From Octopus sinensis (Eukaryota), in assembly GCF_006345805.1 (NCBI RefSeq), contig NW_021833706.1, positions 9,926 through 73,925 of the forward strand: a DNA stretch of 64,000 nucleotides, read 5' to 3'. Every line of letters begins with the position of its first letter. Position 1 is the first letter of the stretch. This document shows, piece after piece, positions 40,913-53,909 of this stretch. Made by a program: the position numbers and the translations under genes. Below the pieces are notes generated by a model that ran no database searches, was not told the origin of the DNA, and worked only from the letters and a program-made list of their open reading frames with translations.

Positions 40913-41649
40913 CTGCGAAATTAAAATGAAATAAAGTAGTTTAAAAGAAAGAATTGGGGAATCACTTACAAAGTAGGTTGTTGGATGGGAAGGAATTGAT
41001 GGAGAAGAGAGAAATATAGAATTTAAGAAAGAACGAGTGAATGAATGAAAGTCAGAACGAAAGATGTAAATAATAAGAATAAATTGTAAAGAAAGAAAAA
41101 AGACATTTGTCTGTTGAGCCTGTTGGTGACGTTGATGTCAAAGATTTGAGAGATTAATCCCAGAATATCAGAATGTGTATCGGTCTCCGCTATGAACGGA
41201 TGTATGTATGATACGTAAACTTGGGTATGAGTATATATACTTCTCAATAGAATAATGATAAAATATTCGCCAGGTGCGAATATTCATCGGTCAATTACAA
41301 ATATCAGTTTGGAGCTCGGCGCAAATAAGGCCATCATAACTACAATATGAAAATAACAACCATACCGCATCATTTGTCGATTTAGTTAAAAGACATCGCA
41401 TCCGGATCTCGAGTAGAGGAGTCCGTTCGATAAATGTATAGCACACCCCACACAACACCGGTGCAACCAGCAAGAAGTCTGGAACTAAATATGGGGTGTT
41501 TGGCGTGGGAGCACAAAATTGACGCTCTCAGGACATCAAAGCAGATCAAGGAGGGAACAACCTTTAATAATTGAGAATTAAACTGTCTGAATTGTTAGAT
41601 ATAATCTGCCTGTAAGATATAATCGGTGTCTGCTCTAAAAAATTTCGTT

Positions 41650-42480
41650 TGTCCGGCTTTTGCATCCAAATTGAGAGTGATCCACCTGAATGAAGTTGGA
41701 CATCGAAATGGATTCGTGATTGTATTATTTTTTTCGGCAGGTTCTTCTTCGGTTGAACGCTTATTTGAGCTAAACTCACTTAAATGTGATAAAGCTGCTG
41801 GTGAAAAGCAGGTTCGGCTTGATATTTTAGAAACCTTAAATACAGATGGTATTCTCTGAGTGTCCCATGTACGCTAGGTGGATGGGACCTCTGGAAAAAA
41901 TACCAAGGCAATGAAATATAGGGTGACAATCACAATTTCTTCGGACAGAGACCAAGGAGTGTGCTCGAATTATAGAAATGTCTACACTAGATGTCAAGAA
42001 AAGATTTGTAGGAAAATTGTCGCGCCCAAGATTACCGTCCGACACGCGGTACACTCGACCTTTTAGACGTTCAAAACAGATCTTCCAGCAAATACAGAAA
42101 TATTTCCAAAGTTTAAACGCTATAAACCACGAAAAGGCACACGATCACGTGCCCTGGGTATTGTTTTGGATGGTTTTCCAGGAAGGTGAGTTTAGTGGGC
42201 AAATCATGGTTGCCATAAAGTACTTATATGGATGTTCAAATGTTTGTATTTCTGTAAAAGTCGAAAGTTTTCAACGTGAAGGTTTCACTTAGTTGAAGTG
42301 TGCATTGTTAGTGCCCCTTCTCACATTCTTTTTTGTGATCTGGTTGAATATGCGCAGCCATTGTGGTAGAGGTATCCCAATTCATCTCTACGTGGTCGGT
42401 CGACTGTTATTTGTAGACGACATGCTGCTACCAGATTCGTCTGATGTTCACCAACAACGTGCACTGAATTGGTTGACAAA
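41650..42480 (+). mobile_element. RTE-LINE remnant, copy D (APE part deleted)
   Basis: ORFs 41626-41859, 41978-42292 and 42293-42610 carry the RT motifs. The junction at ~41650 removes about 600 bp relative to A. Confidence 0.85.
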
Positions 42481-43000
42481 TACGCACTGTGTAGGAAAGT
42501 GGAAAATCATTATTTCGGGTCTCTATTCACGAATGATTGGAAACACAAGAGTGGACAGAATGCTGAATTGTAGATATAAACGCAGTGAAGCGCCAGCTCA
42601 GGGCATTTGATTCTCAAAAGAAGAGGGCATTCTATGCTTATCGTATGCAAGCCGGTGGGGCTCGCTCTGAGCACTCTAACTTTTTCACAGTGAACGTACC
42701 GGCCACCTAGGACACTCGGCAAAGAGCTCCCTCAGAGGAACCGTGCGGGCCGAAACAATTATCGACGTAGCACTGCAAATATGCTCATATACACGCAATA
42801 AATGGCATAGTATATTAGAATAACATTTTATTTAGGAACTTATTGTAAAATATTTTAAAATAAATTCAGGCAAGTGTCTTAGTATATACTATCGTAGACA
42901 TGTGGATAGTAATGTGGAACTAATTCAAAGTTGGTGAAATTATAAATCATTGGTTAAGGAGACACGGATAAAAGACTTTAGCTATAAAATTATTTCTTAC

Positions 43001-43052
43001 TTGGTGTGTCATCAGGTTTATCGTCGAGAGATTTCTTGGAGATGAAACGGTT
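43001..43052 (-). CDS. Copy D coding exon 2 (52 nt, phase 0 to 1): NRFISKKSLDDKPDDTP, stalk
   Basis: Acceptor tttctattttttcacag| and donor CCAA|GTAAGA. Phases link exon 1 to exon 3. Exactly 52 nt in A (6671-6722), B (19902-19953) and E (55861-55912), with mostly synonymous differences (ACA/ACG/ACT, GAC/GAT, ATC/ATA). Not in the ORF track. Confidence 0.75.
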
Positions 43053-43745
43053 CTGTGAAAAAATAGAAATAGCATCATATAAATAGAACTTCAGGGTATT
43101 TATTATCGTTTAGAACTTAAAACAATGCAATAGATGACAACATATTCGAGCAGGTATCATTGCCAACACTACCATCTCAACCCCTTAGGAATCTTCTAGA
43201 AGGCGCTTCCACCCTGTCAAACGATTTCTGAACAATAACAGACAATACAACTCTGCATTTCAAATGACATCGTTTGGTGAATCTAAGAAGATAGATAAAC
43301 ATGAATTTACGCCGACGTCAAAGTTCAAGGGCAAGTCTATCCCATCATTGGTTCTCTGGTACCCGCGAATGAACAACCACAGTTCCTCCAAATTTACTCT
43401 ATTAGTGATGTAGGACAACAAACCCGACGTGAGGTGTCAAAATTTCCGATGATGGGTCGTGTTAGACACAGCGCACACTGCTGCAAAGGAGAGTATATCC
43501 ACTGACATTTCGGTGCGTTCAAAAATCACTCAAACTCCACATCCAATTTTGCAAGACAGGTTACGGCCTGAAACACTCCAAACGGACGCATAGCATGTTG
43601 CTTAGTCGAATTAGCCCAGCATTTACTCTACAAATGTTTTGTTGTCAATGTTGCACTTTCCCATATCACCTTTTTTAAAATGACTGGTATATATTATATA
43701 CCATCTTTGCCATTTTAATCCCCAGCAATGCCGGGTATGACTGCT

Positions 43746-43784
<39 letters not shown>

Positions 43785-44381
43785 CTACACACACATTTCT
43801 ACATATATATATATATATATATATCTACACACATGTATATTTATAGTTAAATTTAATCCAAACAAGAAAGCACAAAAAAACAACAACGCGAGAACGTGGA
43901 ACCAGCATAGTATTACTGGACGCTCAGTAGAGAAGGAAAGAAGGAGGGTTTAACGTTTCAGGTGCAGCTCTTCGTCGGAAACTTAGGAGAAGGAAAGATC
44001 CAGAGGAGGGAAGACGGAAGACAAAAAATCGCCAATGGTACACACACGGGCACATTTTGAATGACCGGAAGGAAATGGGAGAAGTAAAGATCTTTCAAAG
44101 ACAGGAGAAAGGTAGAGGAGGAGGGATGTGTGTTTGTAAGTGTGGATAAGAGCGTGCGCGGAGGTCTGCGTGTGTGTGTGGGTTTTTTTTGTGTTGTGTG
44201 GGAGTAATGTGCGTGCGTGTGTGCGCTTAAGTACCTGTATGTGCGTGTGTATCTGTGCCCATGTGTGTATAAGTGTGGGTATTGTTATATATGAGTATTG
44301 TTCGTTAAAGGTATATGTGGGCATCTGTGCTGGTGTGTGTGTATGTGTGCGTGTGCGTGTATTGTGTGCGTATGATACGTA

Positions 44382-44758
44382 CACTTGCGTCAGAAATTAA
44401 TTAGCACTTCTCAAATTTCTACATTAAATAGGTTAAATCAATTAACCTATGAGCTGTTCAAAACGTCTTACGCGATGAGAAAACTTAGTATGGTGTGATT
44501 TCGGTCCTTGCGAGGCGCTACCTATATCTATTAAACAAAGGAAGATTTGTCTGCATCCGCACTCCAATTTGTTGCACTGCTATGTCAACATCATAAGGCT
44601 GTAGACTCTCAAACTGCTCTGCAAACAAAGTTACGTCATCATTCTGCGCAACAGTGAACTCGCAACAAAGCAATAGTTCGAGATATGGCCACTAGGTGAC
44701 AGCACATACCTTGAGTGAAGAGCAAATCAAGGGTGCTAATTAATTTCTGACGGTAGTG
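44382..44758. mobile_element. Tc1/mariner-type MITE (377 bp) specific to copy D
   Basis: TIRs CACTTGCGTCAGAAATTAATTAGCAC and CACTACCGTCAGAAATTAATTAGCAC, flanked by TA on both sides. Other copies show the empty site (atgatgcaTAtatctccgtg in B and E). Confidence 0.85.
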
Positions 44759-45014
44759 TATATCTCCGTGATCACCGTCACAGACCAGGCTATCAGTTGT
44801 TGCTCCATATCGCTGGTCACAATGCGCTTCGCGTTGTTTTAGCATTCAAATGACAACGCGAGTAGGCCAACAGAAGGAAGGGAAAAAGTTGTAGCGAAAG
44901 GGTACATCAGTGATCACAACAACCCAATTCCCTGAGACTCGTGGAGCATTAAACACTCACTACGCCCAGTCCGCTTCCCTAACCACTAGGCCACTGCCAC
45001 TGCCACGCCACACA

Positions 45015-45104
<90 letters not shown>

Positions 45105-45115
45105 ATATAATCAAA

Positions 45116-45729
45116 AATGAGGGTGTCTGAAAGACACCAACATGCCGAAATAGCAGTCGAAATTCTGACTATAAAACCACGAGGTAAAGCGGAGGGACAA
45201 AACATACAAGCAAAATTATTGAATAATTCAAGATCCAAGGATTTCTGGTTCTGCTTTAAATAAGCTTTACCATCATCAATTGAATATATCAAGGGTACAT
45301 AAATACAGATTTATATATGCACAGCAAACGATATACTTACACATACGAGCGTCGTGCATACATACATATGCACGTATTGACACAGCCAGTTGAATTGCCC
45401 GCCAAAGCACCGCATAAATACGATATGGTTAAAATAAGCACCGCAGTGAATATAATAACGAATTATATAAATTTATATATGAGGATAATATCGATATTTA
45501 AGTATCAAAATTATCAAGTGGCCAGCATGAAAGAAATACCTCACAGAGGTAAAAAATGTTTTAACAATTAAATATGAGGGTGTCTAAAAGACACCAACAT
45601 GCCGAAATAGCAGTCGAAATTCTGACTATAAAACCACGTTAAGTGTTCATATCGTACCATGAGGTAAAGCGGAGGGACAAAACATACGAGCAAAAATCAT
45701 TGAATAATTCAAGATCCAAGGATTTCTGG
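45116..45729. repeat. Insertion with ~135-bp direct terminal repeats (45116-45248, 45574-45729), copy D only
   Basis: ATGAGGGTGTCT(G/A)AAAGACACCAACATGCCGAAATAGCAGTC...CCAAGGATTTCTGG occurs twice around a ~325-bp core, inside (TA)n. Confidence 0.75.
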
Positions 45730-46418
45730 ATATATATACATACATCTCAATATATAGGTATACACATAAATATCACAAATATACATATCTACTTATACGC
45801 ATACACACACACAAACGCACACATATATGTGAGTGGACATACACTGTATAGTGTGATTGTTCGTGTACAATTGAGCACGTGTGTCTGTGTGCGTGCGTAT
45901 GTGTGTGTGTTTGTGTTTATTTGTGCGTGTGTTTGTCCGTGTGTCTGTGTGTATGTATTTACATTCGTTCTTACATATTGTCATATATAAAAACCAACGT
46001 GAATTACAGTCAAACATTACGAAATTCACCGATCTACATTGGCACTCGTACGTTTTATTTTCAGTTGGAAAGAAAAGATTAAAAAAACTCGCCTCACTTC
46101 CGTTCCTGATGGAGAGAAATAGATAAAACGTGTGTAAATATGTACGTATTCCTATGTGTGTGTGTGTGTGGTGTGTGTGTGTTTGTATGTGTCTGTTTCT
46201 GTGCGTGTGCGTAAGTGTACATCTAGATATAATACTTAACGCTAATATTAATAGGGCTAAACGTTGCAGCGACAGGGCATGGCCATGCTGGAACCCCACC
46301 ATTAGATTTTTTTCATTACGCACTTATTTCCCTCTCCAGGATTATGTCTGGTGAAAGAGCGATCGGACAGGAGTACAATTCCACCCTTCTTTGTGTTTCC
46401 TTGGGATGTGCGTATATG

Positions 46419-46502
<84 letters not shown>

Positions 46503-46507
46503 ATATA

Positions 46508-46554
<47 letters not shown>

Positions 46555-46566
46555 ATATATATATAT

Positions 46567-46613
<47 letters not shown>

Positions 46614-46659
46614 TGTATGTACATACATACGTAACTATATATGTGTGTATGTATATATG

Positions 46660-46694
<35 letters not shown>

Positions 46695-47001
46695 TGTATG
46701 TATGTGTGTGTGTGTGTGTGTGTATAGCACACATAGTGTGTATGCATCTATATTTTATGTATGTGTCTGTGATTGTCGCACCGCTATCGATTCTCAACTG
46801 ATGTCGGCGTGTTTACGTCCCCGTTACATAGCGGTTCGGCTAGAGATACCGATATAATGAGCAATAGGCTTACAAAGAATAATTCCTGAAGTCGATTTGT
46901 CCTACTAAACGCAGTGCTCTAGCATAGCCGCAGTCAAATGAATGAAACGGTTAACAGAATATATTTATATACAAACAAACACACACACACACACACCACA
47001 C

Positions 47002-47032
<31 letters not shown>

Positions 47033-47428
47033 GATATATATATAGAGAAAGATAGACAGAGAGATACAGTGATAGATACACACACGCATATATTTGCTTG
47101 TATATATATATCTATATGTGTTCACGCGCTAATATATTCATATATATGTATATTTATATATACATATATATGTATATTATATATACAAATATATGTATAT
47201 GTATATATATGTATGTTTAGGTGTGTGCGCCTGTGTGTTCGTGTGTGATTACGTGTGTGATCGTATGTGTGTGTGTGCTCCATAGGAACATATGTACGTG
47301 ATTCATCCATCCATCGGTACGTACATACATCCACATATTAATACATACATACGTAAATGCATACATACATACATGCATATATAAATACATAAATACATAA
47401 ATATATTAACAAAAAATCCATGACTTAC

Positions 47429-47572
47429 CGTTTTCGATTTCTCTTCCATTTTTCCTATTCTTGAATCTTGATGAAGAATCACGATCGTCAGAACGAGAAG
47501 AACCCCAAAAGCTATGAGAGAAGAAATGGAATAACGCTGCGAAATATTCCTGGACAGTTGTGCGAAATCCAT
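47429..47572 (-). CDS. Copy D coding exon 1: MDFAQLSRNISQRYSISSLIAFGVLLVLTIVILHQDSRIGKMEEKSKT, signal-anchor/TM exon of a short-chain collagen C4-like (NC1-type domain) protein
   Basis: ATG in AGAATGG context, 48 codons, ends at a phase-0 donor ACG|GTAAGT. Upstream acceptor TTACAG| at ~47652. Hydrophobic run SISSLIAFGVLLVLTIVIL. The same exon recurs at 11123-11264, 24829-24972, 31724-31867 and 60448-60591. Confidence 0.8.
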
Positions 47573-50500
47573 TCTGGTGACAGTTGTCGGTCGTAAGTGA
47601 TACTTCGTGTGGCTTCAACAAAAGATCGAGATGCGAGGTTGAAGCTGAAGACTGTAACTGAATTCCACGTATTTATTGAGCGCACAACAACCCAGCTCTG
47701 GCATAGATCTTATCGTAAATGTATGAACCAATGCGATTGGTGGAACTGTAAAAGCGGGTGTGTGAACTTGTCTGACAGGTTTAATTATTGGAAAGAGATG
47801 GTTTGATATTGTCACACAATAATTAGCAAAATATTTTGATGAATGAGAGACACGTGTAAAGTGAAATGATTCCTGTTTCTGGATATATTATGATATATTT
47901 ATTTACTAATGTTTTTATTTAATTTTATTTGTTATTCTTGGGAAACTGTTTTAATATTCAGTGTGGGAAGTATTTCGTTCAACAGACGAGTACACAGACA
48001 CACACAAAACACACACACACACAAACACACACACACAAACACACACACACACACTGACACACACACACACTGACACACTGACACACACACACACACACAG
48101 ACACACATACACAGGTACGCACACACTGACACACACACACACACTGACACACACACACACGCACACTGAGAAACACACACACACTGACACACACACACCG
48201 ATACACACACAAATACAAACACACATACACACTGACACACCCACACACACACACACTCTCACACACACACACTGACACACACACACTGACATACACACAC
48301 ACACATACACTGACACACACACACACACACTGACATACACACACACACACACACACACACTGACACACATACACACTGACATACACACACACACACAGAC
48401 ACACACACACTCACACACACACACACTGACATACTCATACACACATACACACATTAACACACACACACACATTCACACACACACACATACACTGACGCAC
48501 ACACACACATACACACTGATAAACACACACACACACACTGACCCACACACTGTGACTCACACACACTGACACACACACACGCTGTGACACACACACACAC
48601 ATACACACACACGGACAGATGCACACACACACACACACACATATGCGGGGAAAATGCAGGCTCGTACGAGCGACCGCAGTTACTGTTGGGGCACAAGGTT
48701 GAAGTCATCTCCTCTAGCGAAGTAGTTATCAAAGAGAAATACCGAAGGGAGGTAACTCACGACAGACTCCAGCCTGGCGCTCTAATGGCGTCACTTACTC
48801 GTTGTTGTTGACTATGTTTAAGTTAAAGCTATGGTTTTAAGTTTGTCCAGATATTCCCCTCTTCGGTATTTTCTTTTGATAACGGCTGAACTGGAACCCG
48901 ATAGGGAGCAGCAGTGGACTGATATGCTGTTTTTGCCGCTTTCTGCACTGAATTTGCCTTTAGAGTTTGAAATATGCCATTAGCACATTTTAACGAACCT
49001 AAAAATTGCTTATGCCTAATACTGAGCGCTAATACTGTTCACTGGAAACGCCATGTTGAATGTTTCCATATATTCATTTGTCAATTTGCATTTCGTGCTT
49101 TCATATTACTTAATTATTATTCTTTTTCTCTAGCTTTTTCACAATCGAGCATTCTTATGGCACGCAATTATTCGGACAAAAAACGTGCTGCCACCCACAG
49201 ATCCCTCTTTCCACGGATACCTTCGTTTATCTGGCAGCGATTCTACAAACTCCCACATACAAGGAGCAATCATGCTGGGTAGAGTGTGAAAGACTCAACA
49301 TGTTGCACTGATTCCACCTAATGTATATTTTATAAGTGGTGTTCCTTTCCTTACTAAGTCGTTTATGTGTGTTACAGTTATTGTATGCATGTATCTCGAA
49401 GCAAGTTCCTCTTCTGCGAGTTTGATAGTTTTATGTTACAGACGGAGATAATTTGTTGAACTCGATGTTTTGTGGTGTTGCTGTAGATTCGGTTGATGCT
49501 GTTCCTGAAGTCTACTCATATTTCTTGGTGGTTTCATATTTTATTTTGGCACATCAGTTTTCAGGGAACGATGAGAGGCTGCGTGTGTAATGTGACGCGA
49601 GGCTGTGTGTGTGTGATTTTTATAGAAAAGCGGGAATATGTGAATGTAGGTTGAAAATATTTCATCGTGGGACGTGTACTTGTACCCTTGTCGAAAGTGT
49701 TTCGTGAAAACTTCAATGTGTTAGTAACCTGACAAGTAGTTAGGTAGTCAACATTTTGTGGTATTACTTCAGTGGATATCAAATATGCTTTATTAGGTAA
49801 TATCCGCGATTGGATTGCAGAGCTTTCATCGCATCGATTGTAGTTACATTGATACGTATGGGAGTATTTTTCTTATTAAACCATCATGATTTAGTGATGT
49901 TAGTTATAAGCTTTTATCGTGTTTTTTGAAGATTGATCATGAAAGGGTGATATATTTGTACGGAGGTGTTTCATTTGGGGATTGTTTTCATTTTAAGACG
50001 GAATACACACATTTAAACGAATCATTTTATTTCAACTTTTAAATTTGATAAACTGAACCTCATAAAATGTATTCTAGAATCATTCCCTGAGGATTACATC
50101 GTTCTGTTAAGCTATTTGTCACATTCTATGACGTCTCTGTTGTTTCGTTTTGAATATTTTCTGAAAACTTGTAGCAGCAATTTAATTAACGACATATATT
50201 AGTTGGATAAAATACTGCGAAACATAATTACAAGAAACGTATATGTTGCTTTAAAATATTATATTTTAGGAATCGCCAACAAATTTTCATATAGAAACGA
50301 ATGTAATTCTATTCAATATTTACTGCACACAACACAGGTTAATTCTCTCGACATCGACATACGGTGGACATGGCAATGAACCACAAGCAGCCTGAACGAA
50401 ATACAGTAGAGCTCCATCTTCGTTTCTGTAACCCGCTGGATCAGCTTCTGGTGCATAATCCACACACACATATTCTTGCCTGCCCTTTTCTGCGTGATGA

Positions 50501-51009
50501 CTAGCCATCAAATATCCTGAATACTCAGCTGTCCAACCAGAGTAACACTTTGTCCTGGCTGGTAACATCATAACGACAGCAGGTTGTCGTGTCAAACAGA
50601 CAGCGCACGGAACGTTGTGCTCATGAATTGATTCAGCGCGTTAGCAAAAGAAAAGAGTTTATTAGTCGGGTAATACTGTAGTTGATATTCACTGCCATGA
50701 ATGTAACCACCTTTTTCAACTTCTGTCGTTATAATTGGCCCAAATGGGGTCGTTAGGTAGACACAAGAGATTACTTCCGCCACCTGTGTGGTCGTACCAT
50801 TGTCCACCAGCCACACCTTGAATTAGTAAGAATAAATCAATTAAAAAAGATATTAAGCAAAATTATATACGAAATAACGGAAACATTCATTACAATTTTT
50901 CACTTAAAAGAAGTCATGCTTAGTCACGTGTGAACGAATTGTGGTGTATATATGTTAGTGTTTATGATGTTTAACTGTGTGTTGCTGAATCGTAACTGTA
51001 CATATACCT

Positions 51010-51056
<47 letters not shown>

Positions 51057-51086
51057 GATCAAATAAAACATGATGCCAAGGATTCA

Positions 51087-51163
51087 GCGGTACATATGTT
51101 TCGGGCCTTTATTAGGCAGATTTATAACAATGCATAATGTATGTCGTGGCCTTCTTCAGCCGC
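51087..51163 (-). ncRNA. Type I hammerhead ribozyme motif, antisense twin (host-gene sense strand)
   Basis: Reverse complement of the left arm reads GCGGCTGAAGAAGGCC...GGCCCGAAACATATGTACCGC. Confidence 0.7.
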
Positions 51164-51292
51164 GCACAACAACTTCTTCCACAAGGACATGTGTTACATC
51201 AAAAATTCTTGGTTGGGGATGCAAATCCTCTCATTCGCGTACGACAAGAATTTTTGATGTAACACATGTCCTTGTGGAAGAAGTTGTTGTGC

Positions 51293-51370
51293 GCGGCTGA
51301 AGAAGGCCACAGACATACATTATGCATTGTTATAAATCTGTCTAATAAAGGCCCGAAACATATGTACCGC
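51293..51370 (+). ncRNA. Type I hammerhead ribozyme motif (Penelope type)
   Basis: GCGG-CTGAAGA-AGGCC[long insert]GGCCC-GAA-ACATATGT-A-CCGC: stem I 4 bp, intact core, stem II 4 bp over an A.C pair, palindromic helix III, GUA cleavage triplet. Confidence 0.7.
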
Positions 51371-51492
51371 TGAATCCTTGGCATCATGTTTTTATTTTGA
51401 TCAATTTATTCCACCACCTACACCACCTAACGGTATATACATGTGCTTACATTTATCAAGTACTCACCCCGAATTTCTGTACTCACTTATAT

Positions 51493-51549
<57 letters not shown>

Positions 51550-53909
51550 TATTATGTATGTATATGTATGTATATATATCGTAGTAAGCAACGAGGATAT
51601 CCAGAGATAATGCGGCACGATTGTTTCATGCAACTCCATTTATATATATATATGTTTTGTGTATGCGGGTAAGTATTTGTGGTTACGACGTGGATTATTA
51701 TGTATGTTTGCATGGGGTAGGTGTTTTTCGGTGGATGTCAATAGATGGAGGAAAAGAACGATATTTTATAACGCATGCACTCGTGTTTATCGGAAATGGA
51801 AAAGATGTTCACGTGTGAACGGGGATATTTTGGGTGGTGGAAAGTGTAGGAGGTTTGAGTAGGACAATACGGGAGACGACGAGATGCAGAGAAGTGGTGG
51901 GTAACCGTCGATGAAATGTTGTTTAGTTGATCATACGAGAGTCAGTGGCTAAACCTCTCGTTTAGACTCGGACGAATCAGGCTTACATAGACGTTATGAT
52001 CACACAGACCTTTTTTCATGCAATACACAGAAACGAGGTGGGAGGAAAAATTGTGAGGTTCAGTGATGGCGTAGTGTTTAAGATGAATGGACGGTGGAGT
52101 GGGCGACCGATAAAGGATACGTGTAGGGTTTATAGAGAGAAGATTCGGAGCACTTTTAGGGATTGTGAGATTGATTGGGGAAGAGGTTTGTAGCAGCAGT
52201 TTTGAATTGGAAGTTTCGGAATTACCTTACAAAGATATACTGGATAATTAATGAGGTGATGTGGTGCATGAAAAGAGCAAGGTTTTAGCGATAGGACGAT
52301 TTCGGTGAGGCGGAGAAGAATAGAAGTGCATTCTGTACTCTGTTGTGTTCTCTCACTAATATTTAGTCTCTCTCTATTTTACTTAATGAATAAAGTCCTT
52401 CGCTTTTTCCATCAGTTACAATATGTGGCTTGTCCAGTCCTCATTCTACATTGTGCGTTCATTCCATTAACCATTTACAGTCACTGTCATCAATTCTAAA
52501 AGACTCAATTCAATTTAGCCCACACCTACGATCACCGGGCACGTTAGTTAATGATAGTCACGTGGCCACTATTCAGCTCTGGTCACTCACGTACAATACC
52601 ACCATCCGTAGCCTGTACAATTGATCACCAGTTAGCAGCCTCGGTATTTGATATCTACAATCCAAAGCTGGTCAGCCTGAAATTCTTGATCGCCATGGTG
52701 GTTTTCAGTCCAGCCCTGTCTGTAATTTAACGTAGAGATATCTATATTCTGTAGTTAGACAACATCCTTTTCACTTGGTCCGTAGTAGACAACATATAAT
52801 ATTCTGATTTGACCAAATACCTACAAAGGAGTAAGCAGTCTTGTGTAGTGTCTGTATAGTCTACAGGTATAGACTTTTGAAACGTGACATATCATAAGAG
52901 GATTTGAGAATGTTTATGTCAGACAAGCCGACAAAGGGTGAGTGTGTGCGCATGTGCGTGAGAGAGAAGGTGAGAGAGAAAGAGAGGCAACAAAAAGGTA
53001 GAATGAGAGGTATAAAAAGAGAACAAGAGAAAGACAAAAAGAGAATGAGACGTCAGAAATATAAAGTATACTAACCGTCATATACAAGGTTTGAATAAGG
53101 AGGACAAGTTGTTCTACCCCACCGGGTATACAATGATCCGAGACCGGGTTCTGTGATATTAAAATGAAATAATTTAGTTTAAAAGAAAGAATTGGGGGAT
53201 CATTTACAAAGTAGGTTTTTGGATGGGATGGAATTGATGGAGAAGAGAGAAATATAGATTTGAAGAAAGAACGAGTGAATGAATGAAAGTCAGAACGAAA
53301 GATGTAAATAATAAGAATAAATTGTAAAGAAAGAAAGAAGACATTTGTCTGTTGAGCCTGTTGTTGACTTTGATGTCAAAGATTTGAGAGATTAATCTCA
53401 GAATATCAGAATGTGTATCGGTCTCCGCTATGAACGGATGTATGTATGATACGTAAACTTGGGTATGAGTATATATACTTCTCAATAGAATTATGATAAA
53501 ACTCAATAGAATAAAGATAAAATATTCGCCAGGTGCGAATATTCATCGGTCAATTACAAATATCAGTTTGGAGCTCGGCGCAAATAAGGCCATCATAACT
53601 ACAATATGAAAATAACAACCATACCGCATCATTTGTCGATTTAGTTAAAAGACATCGCATCCGTATCTCGAGTAGAGAAGTCGATAAATGTATAGCACAA
53701 CCCACCCAATACCGGTGCAACCAACAAGAAGCCTGCAACTTAATCTGGCGTGCGTGGGGTGGGAGCACAAAATTGACGGTCTCAGGACACGAAAGCAGAT
53801 CAAGAAAGGAACAACCTTTAATAAATGAGAATTAAAAAGTCAAAATTGTTAGATATAATCTGCCTGTAAGATATAATCGGTGTCTCCTCTACAAAATATC
53901 GTTTCTCCG

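Larger units (their letters stand above)
51051..51408. mobile_element. Near-perfect 360-bp palindrome: inverted pair of Penelope-like terminal-repeat fragments
   Basis: Arms ~51051-51211 and ~51245-51408 differ by only a few positions, with a ~33-nt spacer. Inserted in (TA)n. Each arm carries a hammerhead motif. Confidence 0.8.

Noticed and set aside
47406-47621. Overlapping ORFs MLKPHEVS... (minus) and MMKNHDRQ... (plus) over exon 1
   Set aside because: Alternative frames of the TM-coding exon. They lack an ATG start (minus frame) and do not splice in phase.
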